DNA from: Lingula anatina
Lineage: Eukaryota > Animalia > Brachiopoda
NCBI GenBank assembly: GCA_051362555.1
Contig: CM120640.1
Location: forward strand, 68,116,788 to 68,180,787
Direction of reading: 5' to 3'
DNA: 64,000 nucleotides
Shown here: positions 13,129-26,737 of the stretch, piece by piece
How positions within the stretch are numbered: the stretch's first letter is position 1
Layout: each line of letters starts with the position of its first letter
Made by a program: the position numbers and the translations under genes
The notes under the pieces: model-generated
What the model was told of the DNA's origin: nothing
What the model saw: only the letters and a program-made list of their open reading frames with translations
The model's database searches: none

Positions 13129-16100
13129 ATGGACATGATGAGTAGAGGGGGACACATGTACTCCCCTCTCGTGGAGCGAGGAGCGCGGAGACCCAAGTGT
13201 GCTCGTTGTAGAAACCATGGTATGGTATCGTGGCTGAAGGGCCATAAGAGACATTGTCGCTTCAAGGACTGTTCTTGTGCCAAATGTAATCTCATCGCCG
13301 AACGACAGCGAGTAATGGCGGCACAGGTGGCTCTGAAACGCCAGCAAGCGGCAGAAGACGCCATAGCCATGGGCCTCCGTGCTTGTCAAGCTGACTCCAG
13401 CCTCCCCACCCTGACCCAGGGGCCACTCTGGGGACCTGGGACCATCATACCCCCACAAATATCAGAGAATACTAGAGAAGGGGAAGAAGGAAACCACGAG
13501 GACGCAAATGGTAAGTTAAATGTAATTTTTTTTTGCCTTAAGTGTCTAAATGGGATATGTCTCACAAGGTCTTCTCTCCTCCATTTGCCGATTGCTTTTG
13601 ATAATATTGTCACGCTATGGACAACGATATAACAAATTCACTGCAACATGCTGGTTGCTTAAATGTTTTTCATGCAGGCAATGACAGACTCGAGTTTGTC
13701 GATTTTATTCTGTGATCGATATCTATCACAAAAACAAACATTTACCAGAAAAAAGGACGGTTTGCTGAATTTCTAATACTTTGCCGAAGACAGAACTTGC
13801 TTCAAGTTAACTGTTCTTTCATTAATCAGTTTATCATTAAAGTATGTCGCATTTCGGTCAAAATCCTGTAACTGCATGTTATTTCATGTCACTTCTTTTG
13901 AAAACACGTAATCTTAATGTATCGATACATGCTACAACAGCTTCTACACTTGCTCTTAATTAGTTCCCCACTGAAAAGAAAATAGCCCAAATAAGAAAAC
14001 ATTGCACACGTTTGGTCTTTAATGATCACCCTAGACCTTAGACATTGTTGTTTCTGTTGATTAGATATATTTTACAGAATATACCAAAGCAATTGGGTAT
14101 GGCATGTAACAAGTTTGGATCTTGCTTGAGTTGTCAGAGCTTGATTCAATTATATTATGTCTAAAACGTTGTATTTGAACCTTGCTACTCGACACAGTTA
14201 AACCTCACTTGGGTTTAACAAGGATGCAAGCCATGCTTTTGACTCGTTGCCTGAAAATACAAATTTGTTACAGACTAGAAATTGTTCTGAAAAGGTTACT
14301 TTGAAAACAAAGAGAGAACGAAAACAGTCTTGCGCCGATATGAAATAATTTTCAGCTGCAGGGTCTGTTCGAAAGCAGCAAGAGAGGAGCATTTGTTGAT
14401 AACAATGCGTCAAAGGCTGTTCAGATTGCTTGGGGAAGTTTGCTTGGGTAATCACATTTGTGCCTTATTTCAAGGGGGAAAATTGCAAGATAAAAAGAAA
14501 AAAATGGCTCATTTCCATAGATACCCAAGAGGAACACGAATTTATCCAAAGGAAAATAAAACTTCGCTGTTCAATAAGTTCATGAGATTTTTGAAAGATT
14601 AAAAGGCAAATCTATATTTCAAAAGATAAGATATTAAACAAAATATTGCCACTTTTTTGATAAAAATTGTTCATATTCACATTTCATATTCACAAATGGC
14701 AGTCCATATGAATGGGGCAAATTGGGAAATTAGAAAGAAAAAAATGGCTCATTTCCACATATACCCAATAGGAACATGAAATCTTGCTACTCAATGAGCT
14801 CATAATATTTTTGAAAAAGTAAAAACTCATCTATATTTCAATAGATAAGATATTGAAAACAAAGCATTGCCATTTTTTCTTGATAAAAAATTGCTGATGT
14901 CTACATTCATATTCGCGAATGGCAGTCCCCATGAAACATTTTCGATATTCGATATTTTGGACTCAAAATATAAACCTTGAACGAACGTGTGTTATTTTAA
15001 CTCGTATTAAGCATCATTTTGATTTATATTTTTTGTCTTCTAAGATTATTCAATCTATGCATAAAATGTTGAAGACATTTTAACTGAAAGTGTATACTTA
15101 CACATGTGAAAACTAAAACAATATATGAAATTTATATTTTCTTTCTTGAAGTGCTTCTCTGGCGTTGAAACATCTTTTTTGTATTTTGAAGTTTTAACTG
15201 ATGGACAGGCATTAATTTTATAAAATATTTCTTCTGATGAAAATTTACACACATAAAAAGAACTGTGAAAGTTTAAATTCTAGATGTTAACTACAAGAAT
15301 AAGTATGTTACGCATTGCGTGGCGCGGCTTTATCTTCGTTCCTGTCAACTCTGTGTATTTTCTCTTAAAATCGAAAGCAATAGAAACGTTATTTTTTACC
15401 TAAAACTTCCGGTCTCTCTTGTTACACAGAATTAGACCCCACACAATTTGATTAAACATCCTCAGTATCAATATTTCCCCTGTGCTGAATGTTTCTGACG
15501 GAAATCGACACAAACCTGTGTTTGACAGAAATTCCGTAGTTTATTTAGATTAGTAATATCTACCAGTCGCATGCAACTTAGAAGTAGACAGATTACTCTG
15601 GTCCTGTCGATTTGAAACTGGGGTAATTTCAAATATCTTTGATGGGCCTGAAATAAAGGTTAAGTATTGGGATTGTCAAATACTGGTGAAATAGAATAAG
15701 TTGAATATTTTGTTAAAAGTCATGAAAAAGACATCTCCTGTATCTAGCAATTCTTGCTTAGTGTAGTGTAATTCATATGAACAAAAACGAATATAATTCT
15801 ATTGGCATTTAAACATAACGGACATCATTTAAAAACCGGTTCTTGTTTTAGTGTTTTTCTGGGACAACAGTAGCACACCTGCCTTTTGACTAACTAAATC
15901 TACTTAAAGGTGTATCCATTATATCATGGCACAAAGTGTTAACCCAATAACAAACAACACCTCATTAATTACATATCAACGTTATACAATTGCAGTAACA
16001 TCAAACACGCGGAACAGAAACACTAGAAAGTTGCGCAACAAAGGGTAAACAAATCAATATTGGGTATTGCGAGAGGAAATATAGTGCTGAGCGTTGTATG

Positions 16101-18042
16101 TTATTGTCTCCGGAGGGTGCAGGATTCCTAGGAACATGGAAGTTTTCTTTAAAAATCAGATCAATATGAGAGTTGTAACATTGTGTTCCCGTTGGGTTGA
16201 ACATGAGATTCTAACACGGGAAAGTGAGTTAACGCAGCGAGGGGTGTGGTAAACACGGTCGTGAACTTAGATCGCTCAAAGCGCTTAAGTTTAACAAAAT
16301 TAAACCTATTTTTGTTCTATCCATAATCGCATGAAAGACAAAAACATTAGCGTTAACTATTTTCATACGCATTTTTGTGTCTGGCTGCAGAATCTCAGAG
16401 GTTTTAATTTGATTTTGGGATTCAAACATTTCAGAAATTTTCAATCTTAATAAATAAAGATTATTCATTTATTGAAAAGTTGCCCCCAGAATCAAATAAA
16501 ATGCGAGCGAAAATTTTCATAAATAATTTGAAGTGGTGTTGAAATAGAATAATCTTTTTAGAAAAGCCTGACTGAATTTTCTTTCAAACGGTAATTTCTC
16601 ACTCATGCTATTGCTGCTTTAATCGGCATAAAATAACAAATAATACTTATTACATTAAGAAATAAAAATATAGAAATGTTATCAGATCGTAAAATCTTTT
16701 GTGGTTTCATAACATCTTATTAATGTAGTTGTTCGCATTTTAGTTGGTTTAAAGTGTTGTTTGGGTTTCCTAAAATTTGAGTTTTATTGCAACGATGTGT
16801 TTATTGACATTAAACTTGTAGTCCATTAGATGATAACGTGATCTGTTAGGAAGGCAACCATGTGTTTTAGCCACAAAAATTCGCATGGTTACTTTCAACT
16901 ATCAAGCACATTTATTGTCATGGATGATAAATATAGATATTAAACGCGTCGTTTTTTTACAGCAAATCGATAAACAATGCTAATTTCTAAACTTGGATAT
17001 CTACGCTCATTTATATATTTATTAATCCGTCTTTTTATATTATTTTTTTCACTAAAGAACTTAATTTGTAAAACATGTCTAGTAAATTAACTTTCACTAT
17101 TAATTTCTGCACATTGGAAATCTATGAAACAACTCACTAAAGCAAATCTGTACATAATTTATAGATAACGATGAGGACGTGGACGTGGATGAAACCGGGG
17201 ATGAGGAGAAAGAAGAGACGGAGACCGTTGAAACAGCTAAACAACCAATTAAAACAGTTGACACATCAGAGCCTCGGGAGCAGAATAACAATCTGGTGTC
17301 ACGGGAAAGGAGTACCACGCCGAAACCAGCCTTACCAAAGAAAACTGGACACGCGGAAGAGAGTCACCCTTCTTCTATCCCCACGGCGTACCGGCCGGGC
17401 AGGCTGAGTCACATTGAAATATTAGAAAGGATATTCCCCTTTCAGAAAAGAACTGTACTAGAATTAGTCTTACAAGGGTGCAACGGAGACATTGTCAAAG
17501 CTATTGAACATTTTCTCTCTCTCCAAGACACACTTATGGCCCAACAGCATGCATCAATGCGCGCGCCGCCCAGTAGCATGGAAAATGGCTTCCATCCGTA
17601 TATGAATGCTTTGAATTCGGTAAAATCAACGACGAACGGCGTTCGCGCAAAATACCCTCTCAACAACGGTGGGATCAAATCAGCATTCACCCCGCTAACT
17701 CCGGCGTCGTCTCAAGCTGCTCTTCATTCTGCGTTCTCTCCTCGAGCTGCGGCGTTCACGACGGACGCTCTCCTGGGACGGTCACCCCTTTTTCCGCGCC
17801 ATGACATTCGCCCAGCCGACTTTTTCAGTGCGTCATCTCCATTCGCATACCCTGGACTTGGGACGCTCACTCCAACCCTATCGTCGGGCCTTGGAGCCCC
17901 TTTTCTTCTTCATCCTTACCGCCACTTTTCTGGTGAAATACCTCAAGGCATTTTAAGTAAACCGTTGGAGAAGTCACCAAGAAGTGACCGAGACTCCGAA
18001 TGTCTTTCTGACTGTGGAAGTTCGGAAGATGCTAATACTTAA
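13129..18042 (+). CDS. Dmrt93B: Doublesex/mab-3-related transcription factor, Dmrt93B (DMRTA-like) type; exons 13129-13510 and 17165-18042; 419 aa
   Basis: DM domain [61 protein letters not shown]; the LKRQQAxEDAIA tail is typical of Dmrt93B rather than Dmrt99B/DMRT4-5 (LRRQQAQEE). Exon 2 has the DMA domain [35 protein letters not shown] and KSAFTP/SAFSP motifs. Donor G|GTAAGT at 13511 and acceptor TAG|AT at 17164 are phase-1 consistent. AATAAA at 18562. The subfamily call is less certain than the family call. Confidence 0.93.
14473..14935. repeat. Diverged tandem duplication, period about 240 bp, in the Dmrt intron
   Basis: AAGAAAAAAATGGCTCATTTCCA...ATACCCAA.AGGAACA.GAA...TTCATATTC.C.AATGGCAGTCC..ATGAA occurs at about 14495 and 14735. 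Confidence 0.85.
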
Positions 18043-21000
18043 ATTGGACGCGATCCGTTAGGAATGACTTTTTTTGTTAAATTTCTGAAGACTATTATAA
18101 AAAATTAGGTCACAGGCAAATGCACACTGACTTTTGGTGCATCTCCGTGTCAGAATGTTGGCCTGAGAGCGAGAGTATTGTGATAGTAAATTGTTATGTA
18201 GCGGTTGTGGTTTTATATTCTCCAAATGTGCGTGGTAAAGTGAGATTCATTTGTAATGCACTCATTGTACACCTATATACCAAGTATTTGTTAAAATAAC
18301 CGTTTCGATGTCTTGAAGAAAAAACTTATATTAAGACATATATCAAAATATTTTTGTTTTATCACTGTTTTTCTCTTAAAGGCTTGTAGCTGCATGTTGA
18401 AGGGGTACTTAATTAATTATACTTATTTATAATATGTTAATAGATACTGTAAATCTCAATAACATTTAAATGCTTTGTTTCCTATTTGTCTTAAACTTAC
18501 CTTTGGGCATTTCATTACACTATTGTAATATGTAGGTGATGAACTTACAAATGTATGTATTAATAAAATATTATTGTATATAATAGTTGTCTGATTGACC
18601 TTTTGGGCGAGCTCTAGCAATAGAAATATATCAATTTTATGAATTCTACGTGGCACAGCTAATCTTAAACTGACGCGAAAAAAGTTAATACCTTTAAACG
18701 ATAGATAATATAAATGGTTGTGTCATGTAATTGAAGTGCATTGCCCCTTGTGTGGAGACGTCGGGTTTGTAACTTAGTACCGCATGTCTGGCTTGCTGTA
18801 TCTAATACAACCCCAATAATAGGGAACATGCTTTAACACAGTCAAAAGGCCGGGTGCTTTGTTAGTAACATAAACATGACCGTCCTATATCTATAGTATT
18901 TATATTCATACAAAAGTTTCTATCCAAAAATCAGCAAACTTGTGAATGTATATATTAGTGTTTAAGAGGTATAAATAGTTTTCTTAAGACCTAGCGACAA
19001 TGTCAATCAGAAGTTACAGAGAGATGTTTAACTTCCCAAGCTCTAACACAATTCAACTTTTGACCTAATACGAAAGTCAAACTTTCTATTGTTCAAACTT
19101 AAAACTAACTTTCAGATTAAAGCAAGTCACGGATGGTGTTTCACTTGTCTTTGGAAGGCTCTCTTGTTTTACAATAAGTGATGAATAGGAATGAGTACAA
19201 AGCAAGACGTTTCATGCTCAAATATCACTTGAGGGATATAATGGAGAGTCAATGTTTGCCCAAGTTTTAACTCATTTTGTTTGTTTTCTATATCAAACCA
19301 CTTTGCTTTCACTTAATGTTCTCAAGTCGCCTGCACACAGTAGCCACACCATTTTAAATATTTACTTCCAACATCGCTTAGTGTCATTGTAATAATTAAG
19401 CGAGGAAAGACAATGCACAACACACAGAAAGGACCGGTGAGGTTTGTAAATTTTGCCTATCAAAGAAACTCTATCTCCATTATAAATTCATTATGAATAC
19501 AGGTGGTTAGCATCTGAAATCTGAGTCGGGGAAAAATAGGCCAATTGTTGGACACGTAATATATATTTATTCTTCTTATCCTATCGATTTATCGCCAAAA
19601 CTACAATATCTCCCACACGAATCTCAGTCAGTGCCGCTATTTTTTAAGATTGCTGCTGGGGATTGTGGCCATAATTTTTACCTTATTTTAGGGGCTTTGT
19701 TCTCAACATCGAACAACATCCATCTGCTATTCGTTTTTTTCTTTTTCTTTTTTTATGTAAAGAGGTATCAATAAATGCATGTCTGTTGACTTTTGTATTC
19801 AAAGTTACCCCTGGAAGAAAAGTTTGGGCTAAGTTCTATCTTGATATACCTATACATATACATATATATGCTTGTAGTGTACATTGTGTTCTGACCTTTC
19901 CAAACCCATACAGGTGGACCTGCTCTCACCTGCGCCATACCAGGTGAACTATTATAAATAGCTCCTTGACGTTCCCGGAAAGAAAAACATCATTTATAAC
20001 AAAACGTGTACCTCAACAAGGCTACATCTATAGAAATTATTCAAGCAAGCACTTTGTTATTTTAGTTTGCAGGGATAATGCAATTTCCTCTGTAATTGAC
20101 TACGATTTTTTATTGTTTGGTACCCAGTACCTTGCAGAATGGCCACCCTATCCCCTATCTTCTGGTATGTAGGCCGGAGATGGTAATAGATGGATAGGAA
20201 AATGTAACAGTGGTCAGACCAAAGTGGTCAGTCGGTAGTGACGTCTGGTCAGGTGTGCCTAGCTGGCCAAGTGGTGACCATACGTGCTGCCGACTCCTAC
20301 CAAATGGTTTCAGGTCCGTACAGCTATAGTCTCAGCATGTGTGTACCAGTCCACGGTCTGATCTCTCCCCTCGGCACACGTGTTCTCAACCAGATCGTGT
20401 ATTCTGATGCAATATAGAAATAAACCCAACGTGAAATAGAGATAACTATTTTGGGGTTATTTGTCTACTTTTAGAATATTGGTGGGTGATGAGTTGCACG
20501 TGGAATCTTCTTCTGCGTCTACCAGGACAACAAGATTAATGAGAACAAACCAATAAAAAATTACATAATTAAGGAATATTGGGCATATATATCTTATCTT
20601 TCTAAACTTGGTGTTTTTTTTTTATCTCATCAAATATTTTAATGTAGGAAATGGTGGTTTCTCCTTCTTATTTTTTTTTGTTCCTGATTACGCACATCTT
20701 TTTGTATTTTTACACATGGAAGGTACAGACAAAGCATAGAAAAAATTGCAAAGTGCCTGTTTGAATGTCAAAAGATAAGCAGTTTCAATTTTTTTGTATG
20801 CCCCTACTGCAAGAAAATGAAATTTGAAAAAAAAATTTACTCAATTGCAAACATTTTTTAAAATAATCTTAAAGTTTATGAGGTAAAACGGACATTTTAA
20901 TGGTGACCAGAATTGTCAAAATTTTTAGTTTTTACGTCCAAAGTTAACGTCCAAACATGCAAAACGTGAGAGTCTAATTCTGCAATGGTAAGCCTCATAA

Positions 21001-24000
21001 ACAAATGTTTTAAATAGAAAATCCCTTTTAAAGTTTTATTTTGCTTAATGACATACAGCCTTTAAGTCTATTGTTTGCAGAAGTCAAGTATTTTTTGCAA
21101 ATCCAACTAAGTAAATGAAAATCTATAGAAAATTATCTATGAAGAAATTATTTTATCATTATGTCTTTTTCTTATCTAAAAAGCTACCATTATGAACAAA
21201 TTACTTCACCAAGTTAGAATACTTGAAAAAATAGTTTTAATTCTTGGCTTCAAAACTGCTAGTATTAAAACTAATTTTTAAAAAATTAAATTGTTATTCT
21301 AATTTTTTTCTGACAGAGACAGAGGTGCTGACAGAGGTCTAGAAGGATATATCTAGAGTAGAATTGCCAAACGGTTAGGGGCAGAGGGTAAATATTTAAG
21401 AAGCTGCAACCATATTGTTGAGCGCCGGCTTATGGTATGCCGTGAAAGTGTCATGTCCTTTGTTTGCCTAAACAGAGTAGGTAATTAAAACAATGCAAGT
21501 TGTGTTGTCAAACAATGGCCTCCCTTGGTTTGTGTAGTTAGTAAGGTAGACGGACATAACTTAAGAGCGGAGGAGAAAAAAAAGTGAGTTCAGCTCAGAG
21601 CATCTTTCCTCAATTATGTTGTCAAGCACACTAATGACTGGCATTGTGCTGTCTGGCATTGTCAATGTTTCTTTTTAGAGCTACGGAATGGCCGCCGATA
21701 TTTTGTGGTTCGTTTTTACAGACAGAGTTTGTACGCAATGACGGGAAAAGAATGGCGAACACTCCTTTTAGTCTATCCCGCTACGGGTACAGCAAGAGAT
21801 TTTTTCTGACCGGCAGACTATCGTACTTGCGGGAAGTTGCATCAGTTTCTGTAGACAATGGTTGGTAATCTAAACAGAGTGAAGTTTCAAAATGTTGTTT
21901 GAAGATAGCCATGTGAGATAGTGGGTTTCAAGTTGCCGTAGTTCCCAGTTGCACGGTATCCATTTTGCCGATAGCCGACAATGTAGCAGTCATATAGAGA
22001 AATCCTGGACAAAATGCAGTTACAGTTGTTTATCTTCTAACACTGAGAAACTTGTTTCATTTTACAGCAGCGCGGCACGGAGCTGTTCTTGTAGGCAGTG
22101 ATACGAAACACAACTTCGCTATCTTTCTGCAACTTTCCGGTCTGTATGTAGAGTTCCTTTAGTGCTAAGATTGCCTGACTAGGTCGGTGGCATTAAGATA
22201 TATTCTTTGTGGTATTATAATTTTTTTAGCATTACATGTTCTTAGTTGCATAACGTAGGTAATTTTTTGACACGAAAGTCCTATGGGTTTTTTGAAAATG
22301 CTGTCAATTGATTTCAATTTGTTTTATATCTAATTTTATGTGCAGTTAATCGTTATTTTAGGAAAAGTTTTGAACACTTAATGTACATTTTGAGGATGAA
22401 AATATTTTCAAGCAGCGAAGACAACATAAAACAATTTTAATTAAAAAAAATCATAAAAGCGGATAAAAAAGAAAAGAGACTATAAAAACAACACTTCCTC
22501 AAAGTGCTCCTAGGTCAAACAAAACATTTCATCTATTTGTTTAGCAATCAAAAACACGAAATCCTTTTTACATTCATCTGTAAGTATGATATATCATTGC
22601 ATTGTTGTAAAAGTTCTTTCGATTCATTCTGTTTCTGAAGCATGCAGATTTAATGTAATGGCCAAAGAATCCATGGAGACCACTGAATAGCCAAACATTT
22701 GGCAGTGTTCACATAAGAGTTTTATCTCAAAGTTACAATATTCGACATATTTTGCTAATGCAGGAGGCCTATTCTATTCTTACATGATACACTTACTTCA
22801 AACACAACTGGCTAATTTCTGAAATGTACAGTCACGTTTATATTTTGCCTATCTTGTGTGTTCTGAAGTACCGTGATAAATTACCTACTACTGATAAAGA
22901 AACGTGGGAACAACACTCGACGAATAGAGTATATTTTCATTTCAACTTGAAATAAAAACGGCTGTTGATATTGATATATTTCAAAGTAAACAATGATAGG
23001 AGATATACCTGAAAATACGCCTTTCAATTTTTGTATTCAAGAATTTAGGTTAAAGTAATCATAGAGAATTTATTTAAAAAAATTTGAACAATTTAATTTA
23101 ATAAGCTTAAAGAAAGAATTATATTTTCTTTATAATAGTTTCTATCCTTGTAAATAGAATGGCAGAAATTACTTTTGACTTATTGTGGACATTTTCGTGT
23201 TTAGGGGGCAGAGCTTCCATAACTTCTTTCACAGAATAAACCAGAACCAGGCACGATGGAAAAAACTCTAAAGCGGGGGAGAAATGATGACATTGTTTCA
23301 CCTTTTCCCAGTGTATAAATCAGACTAATTTCACTAATTGAACCGACGCCGTTCTATTGAGAATATTTACTTGAGTGAGAGTAAGAGTATTGGACCCACC
23401 ACGATATGTGAAGGCAAAAGTTGAAATGTTTAGATACAGAATATGTCCTACCGCGGCAAAAGGCGATGCTTGCAAAACTGACGCAGAGTACTGTAAACTT
23501 GCCACCGGCTAGATAGGCTGATGGAGAGCCGCGAATATATTCTGTCATGTTTGTGGTTATTTTTATATTTTGAGTATGTGTATACCTTCAGTGTATTCCG
23601 AGGTCTATAAAGCCATTAGCGGTGAAAAAGTTACACTGCCACACCCGCGAAGCGCAGTTGGCTTATCCAAACTAAAATTTCCACAGGCAAAGAAATTTAG
23701 CAACGAATCTTTGCCGTGTCACTCAGTAGTGCGTAGCAATTTTCAGTACCCGTGCCAGCAATTATCAAGGTATTTATGTTATACATTTGAGTGGTTTGGT
23801 GCTTATTGAAATGTCAAAACTTTTATGTTATATATGCAGGCCCTAACAAATCTCAAGTTTTACTTTTAAAGATCAAATGTGGCCTCGGGATATGACGTGT
23901 ATATAGACATGGTGCAGTCGTGTAATTTAACGAGATCATTTTTCTCGAGAACCTTGAGGTTGATAGATGTTTGAAATGGGAATTAATTGCATTTTTGAAA

Positions 24001-26691
24001 TATAACTGTAGGAATGTAAACTTGGTAAATTCAGTTGCTTTTTTTTCACCAGACCTTTCCCTTGAACATTTTAATGTTTTAATGTATTTAAAAACATTCT
24101 GAGGGTGATCCAATGTAATGCAAATAACTGTAGATTTGCATTAATTGAATTTGAATTTTGCAGTCGTAAAATCCAGACAACCATATTCAAATTTTTGATA
24201 AATTTTGCAGATTTCTTCATATTCTACTGCCCTTAATTTGTACGTCTCAAACAAACTGGATTTACATGAAAACCTTCATGAGCATTAAAATCTTATGAAA
24301 AAAATGAATAGTAAAGGTAAGGTGACGAAATCTACTCGGCGTTCATTTTAGTAAAATCATTTTACCAGGTGTCAGCCAAGAGCAATTGTTCTTGGAGGAG
24401 GCAAACAAGCCATGTTTCTATGGAATTTAAAGAAGGAGTATGCTGTAAAAAGAAACAAGAGAATAATGAATAAATGGAAACAGAAACGTAAAAGTCTGAT
24501 CTTGCCCAGATAAAACCAAAATGGCAACAATTAAACCTTGGTATATTTTTCAACTATGTCTTCCTGCTGTTTTTGTTTGTGGAAAAGACATCGAATACTT
24601 GAACCACTTTCACGAAAAACCACCTTACGCGGTGTCAAACCCAAATAGCTTGTCAATCAAGGGGTTAAGATCGTTTTCTTTAAATTTTCGTTTTGTTATT
24701 GAAGCAGTGAGACTTGAACCACGAGGTCACGTGTCTATACATTGGCAATGTCCAAATGGATCTCCGATATTTTGATATGGACACTGATGTTGTATTGATT
24801 AATTACATTGATGCTGATGCAAGTGTTTGCAAGTAGCAAAGTGCCATGTCACTCCACGGGTGACCATCAGATAAAATGCTCTAGGACGAAAACCTGGGAA
24901 GATTCTTGCTACAAATGACAGCAAGAGACAATCGCAGAGAAGAGAAAATTACGTTTCTAAACTAACTTAAAATCGTCCTTAGTCACCAATAAGATCTCGA
25001 TCAGATGACTAGCATAGCAAACGCGATGACTCACTTTGTTTGCACTGACTCCACCGTGGGCTGGGGTCCTCTAATGCACCATACCATCCCACATTTTTGC
25101 TGGGGTCTGCAGCAACTTTTTGACCGGCTATGCCATTTTCTATCAGAGTCGCATCTAACAGTTGGGTGAAATTGTCGTTATGTGATTTCAGGTAAATTTA
25201 TTGTGAATTTTAAAAATAATTCGTTTCTTTTAGATTAAAACAATTGATGTAGAATGATCTGCTTTATGTCATATATCTGATACATATTGTAATACAATTT
25301 ATGCCATCAGCTTGAAAAACAAAATGAAGGTTAGCATGCATATTCACATAAAAATTACACTGTATCTTAATCGACTGTTATGAATCTTTTTACGAAACTG
25401 CATTTTCATACAACCAAGATTAATGAACATGTTTCTGCTGTTATATATACAAACTTGGCACATTTTTTTGAGGGAGCCAAAAAGGTCTTGTATTACTGCA
25501 TACAGATTGATAAACCTTATTGCTCGTTTTTGTAAAATCATTATGAAAAGCGTGTAATTTTTTCTGATGTAAAAGTGCATATTTTTGCATATTTTTCTAT
25601 AAATTTACTTACTGATAGGTAAATAACACTTTTTTGGCAAATTATATCCTTAATAAATTTTATGTAAAAAATTGAGAGTAGTGCTCCTGGTCTGATTATC
25701 CGCTACGTTAGATTTAAGACCAAATTTTGTCTTATAATTAAACCTTATTGTTACCATAAATAACAATAATTGCCATCATCAAAAGCTCAGGTGGGCATTA
25801 TAATTTTTGAGAAAAACACGACATTTTTCTTCCTCCTTGTTTTTTCTTTTAGAAATCTCTTACATTCATTACGTCTCCTCCATGTTTCTTTAGTCTTCAA
25901 GCTATCTGATAAATAATTCACAGAAACCATTTGCACAAGCGCACCAGTATGGTAATGTCTATAGTAAACTGTGCCGCTATAATACAGGCATAAATTATGA
26001 CATACTAGCTGCCTGTAGTTAAGCGGTGTCTGATTGCTCATTGGATGTCCCTGTTTGGATCCACATTATTTTGTTATCACCATGGTGATGTCTAGCTGTA
26101 ATGCAGATGTTATGTTACGAGCACCAGCCACACGTGTCCTGCATATAACATGTTAAGATAAGGAGGAGGGGAGGAAATCCCTTAGATATACTTTTGTACG
26201 TGATATTAACGGTAATTTTGAAGTTTAATTTCTTCAAGTTCAAAAGATCGCTGATGAAAATACATACAGTATCTACATTTTAATCTTGGCAAAAGTTTCT
26301 TGTTTTGTTGCTTCCCGTCAGAGCAAAGTTCACACACACAGGGGTAGTATGAAGTGGGTGGCCAGATTGGAAAGGGATATTTTATAGCCTCCTTGTGGTA
26401 ATATGCTGTGTTTTATCATATTGTATTAATGACTGTTTCCTTTCTGCTACACAGATATATGTAAAGACACATTGTATCTTCAAGGGATTTTTTTCTCTTT
26501 AATTTCAGTTGGTCCGGTGTCCATTTATTTGTTTGCTCGCCAAGCTTAAAACTAAGCATTTACACAGAGACGATGGGGTATATATACACTTAAGGCTCTT
26601 GAAGCCGTCACTTCTCCACTGCCTTGTCTTTGCCAGTGTCGCCACCTCACACCGCGTCCATACTTTTATGTAAACGTAAATAAAACAATTA

Positions 26692-26737
26692 CTTTACCCA
26701 TGGACATAATAAGAGATTATTATGTCCATGCTTTACC
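26692..26737. mobile_element. 32-bp palindromic transposon remnant (P-superfamily-like footprint) with 7-bp TSD
   Basis: CTTTACC + CATGGACATAATAA-GAGA-TTATTATGTCCATG + CTTTACC: a perfect 14-bp inverted repeat flanked by a perfect 7-bp direct repeat. Confidence 0.75.

Noticed and set aside
12913-13613. Minus-strand ORFs of 181, 85 and 75 aa
   Set aside because: Antisense to the GC-rich Dmrt exon 1; no independent coding signal.
20570-21065. Possible TTAA-flanked (Kolobok/piggyBac-like) MITE
   Set aside because: Only one plausible terminus; no matching inverted repeat found.
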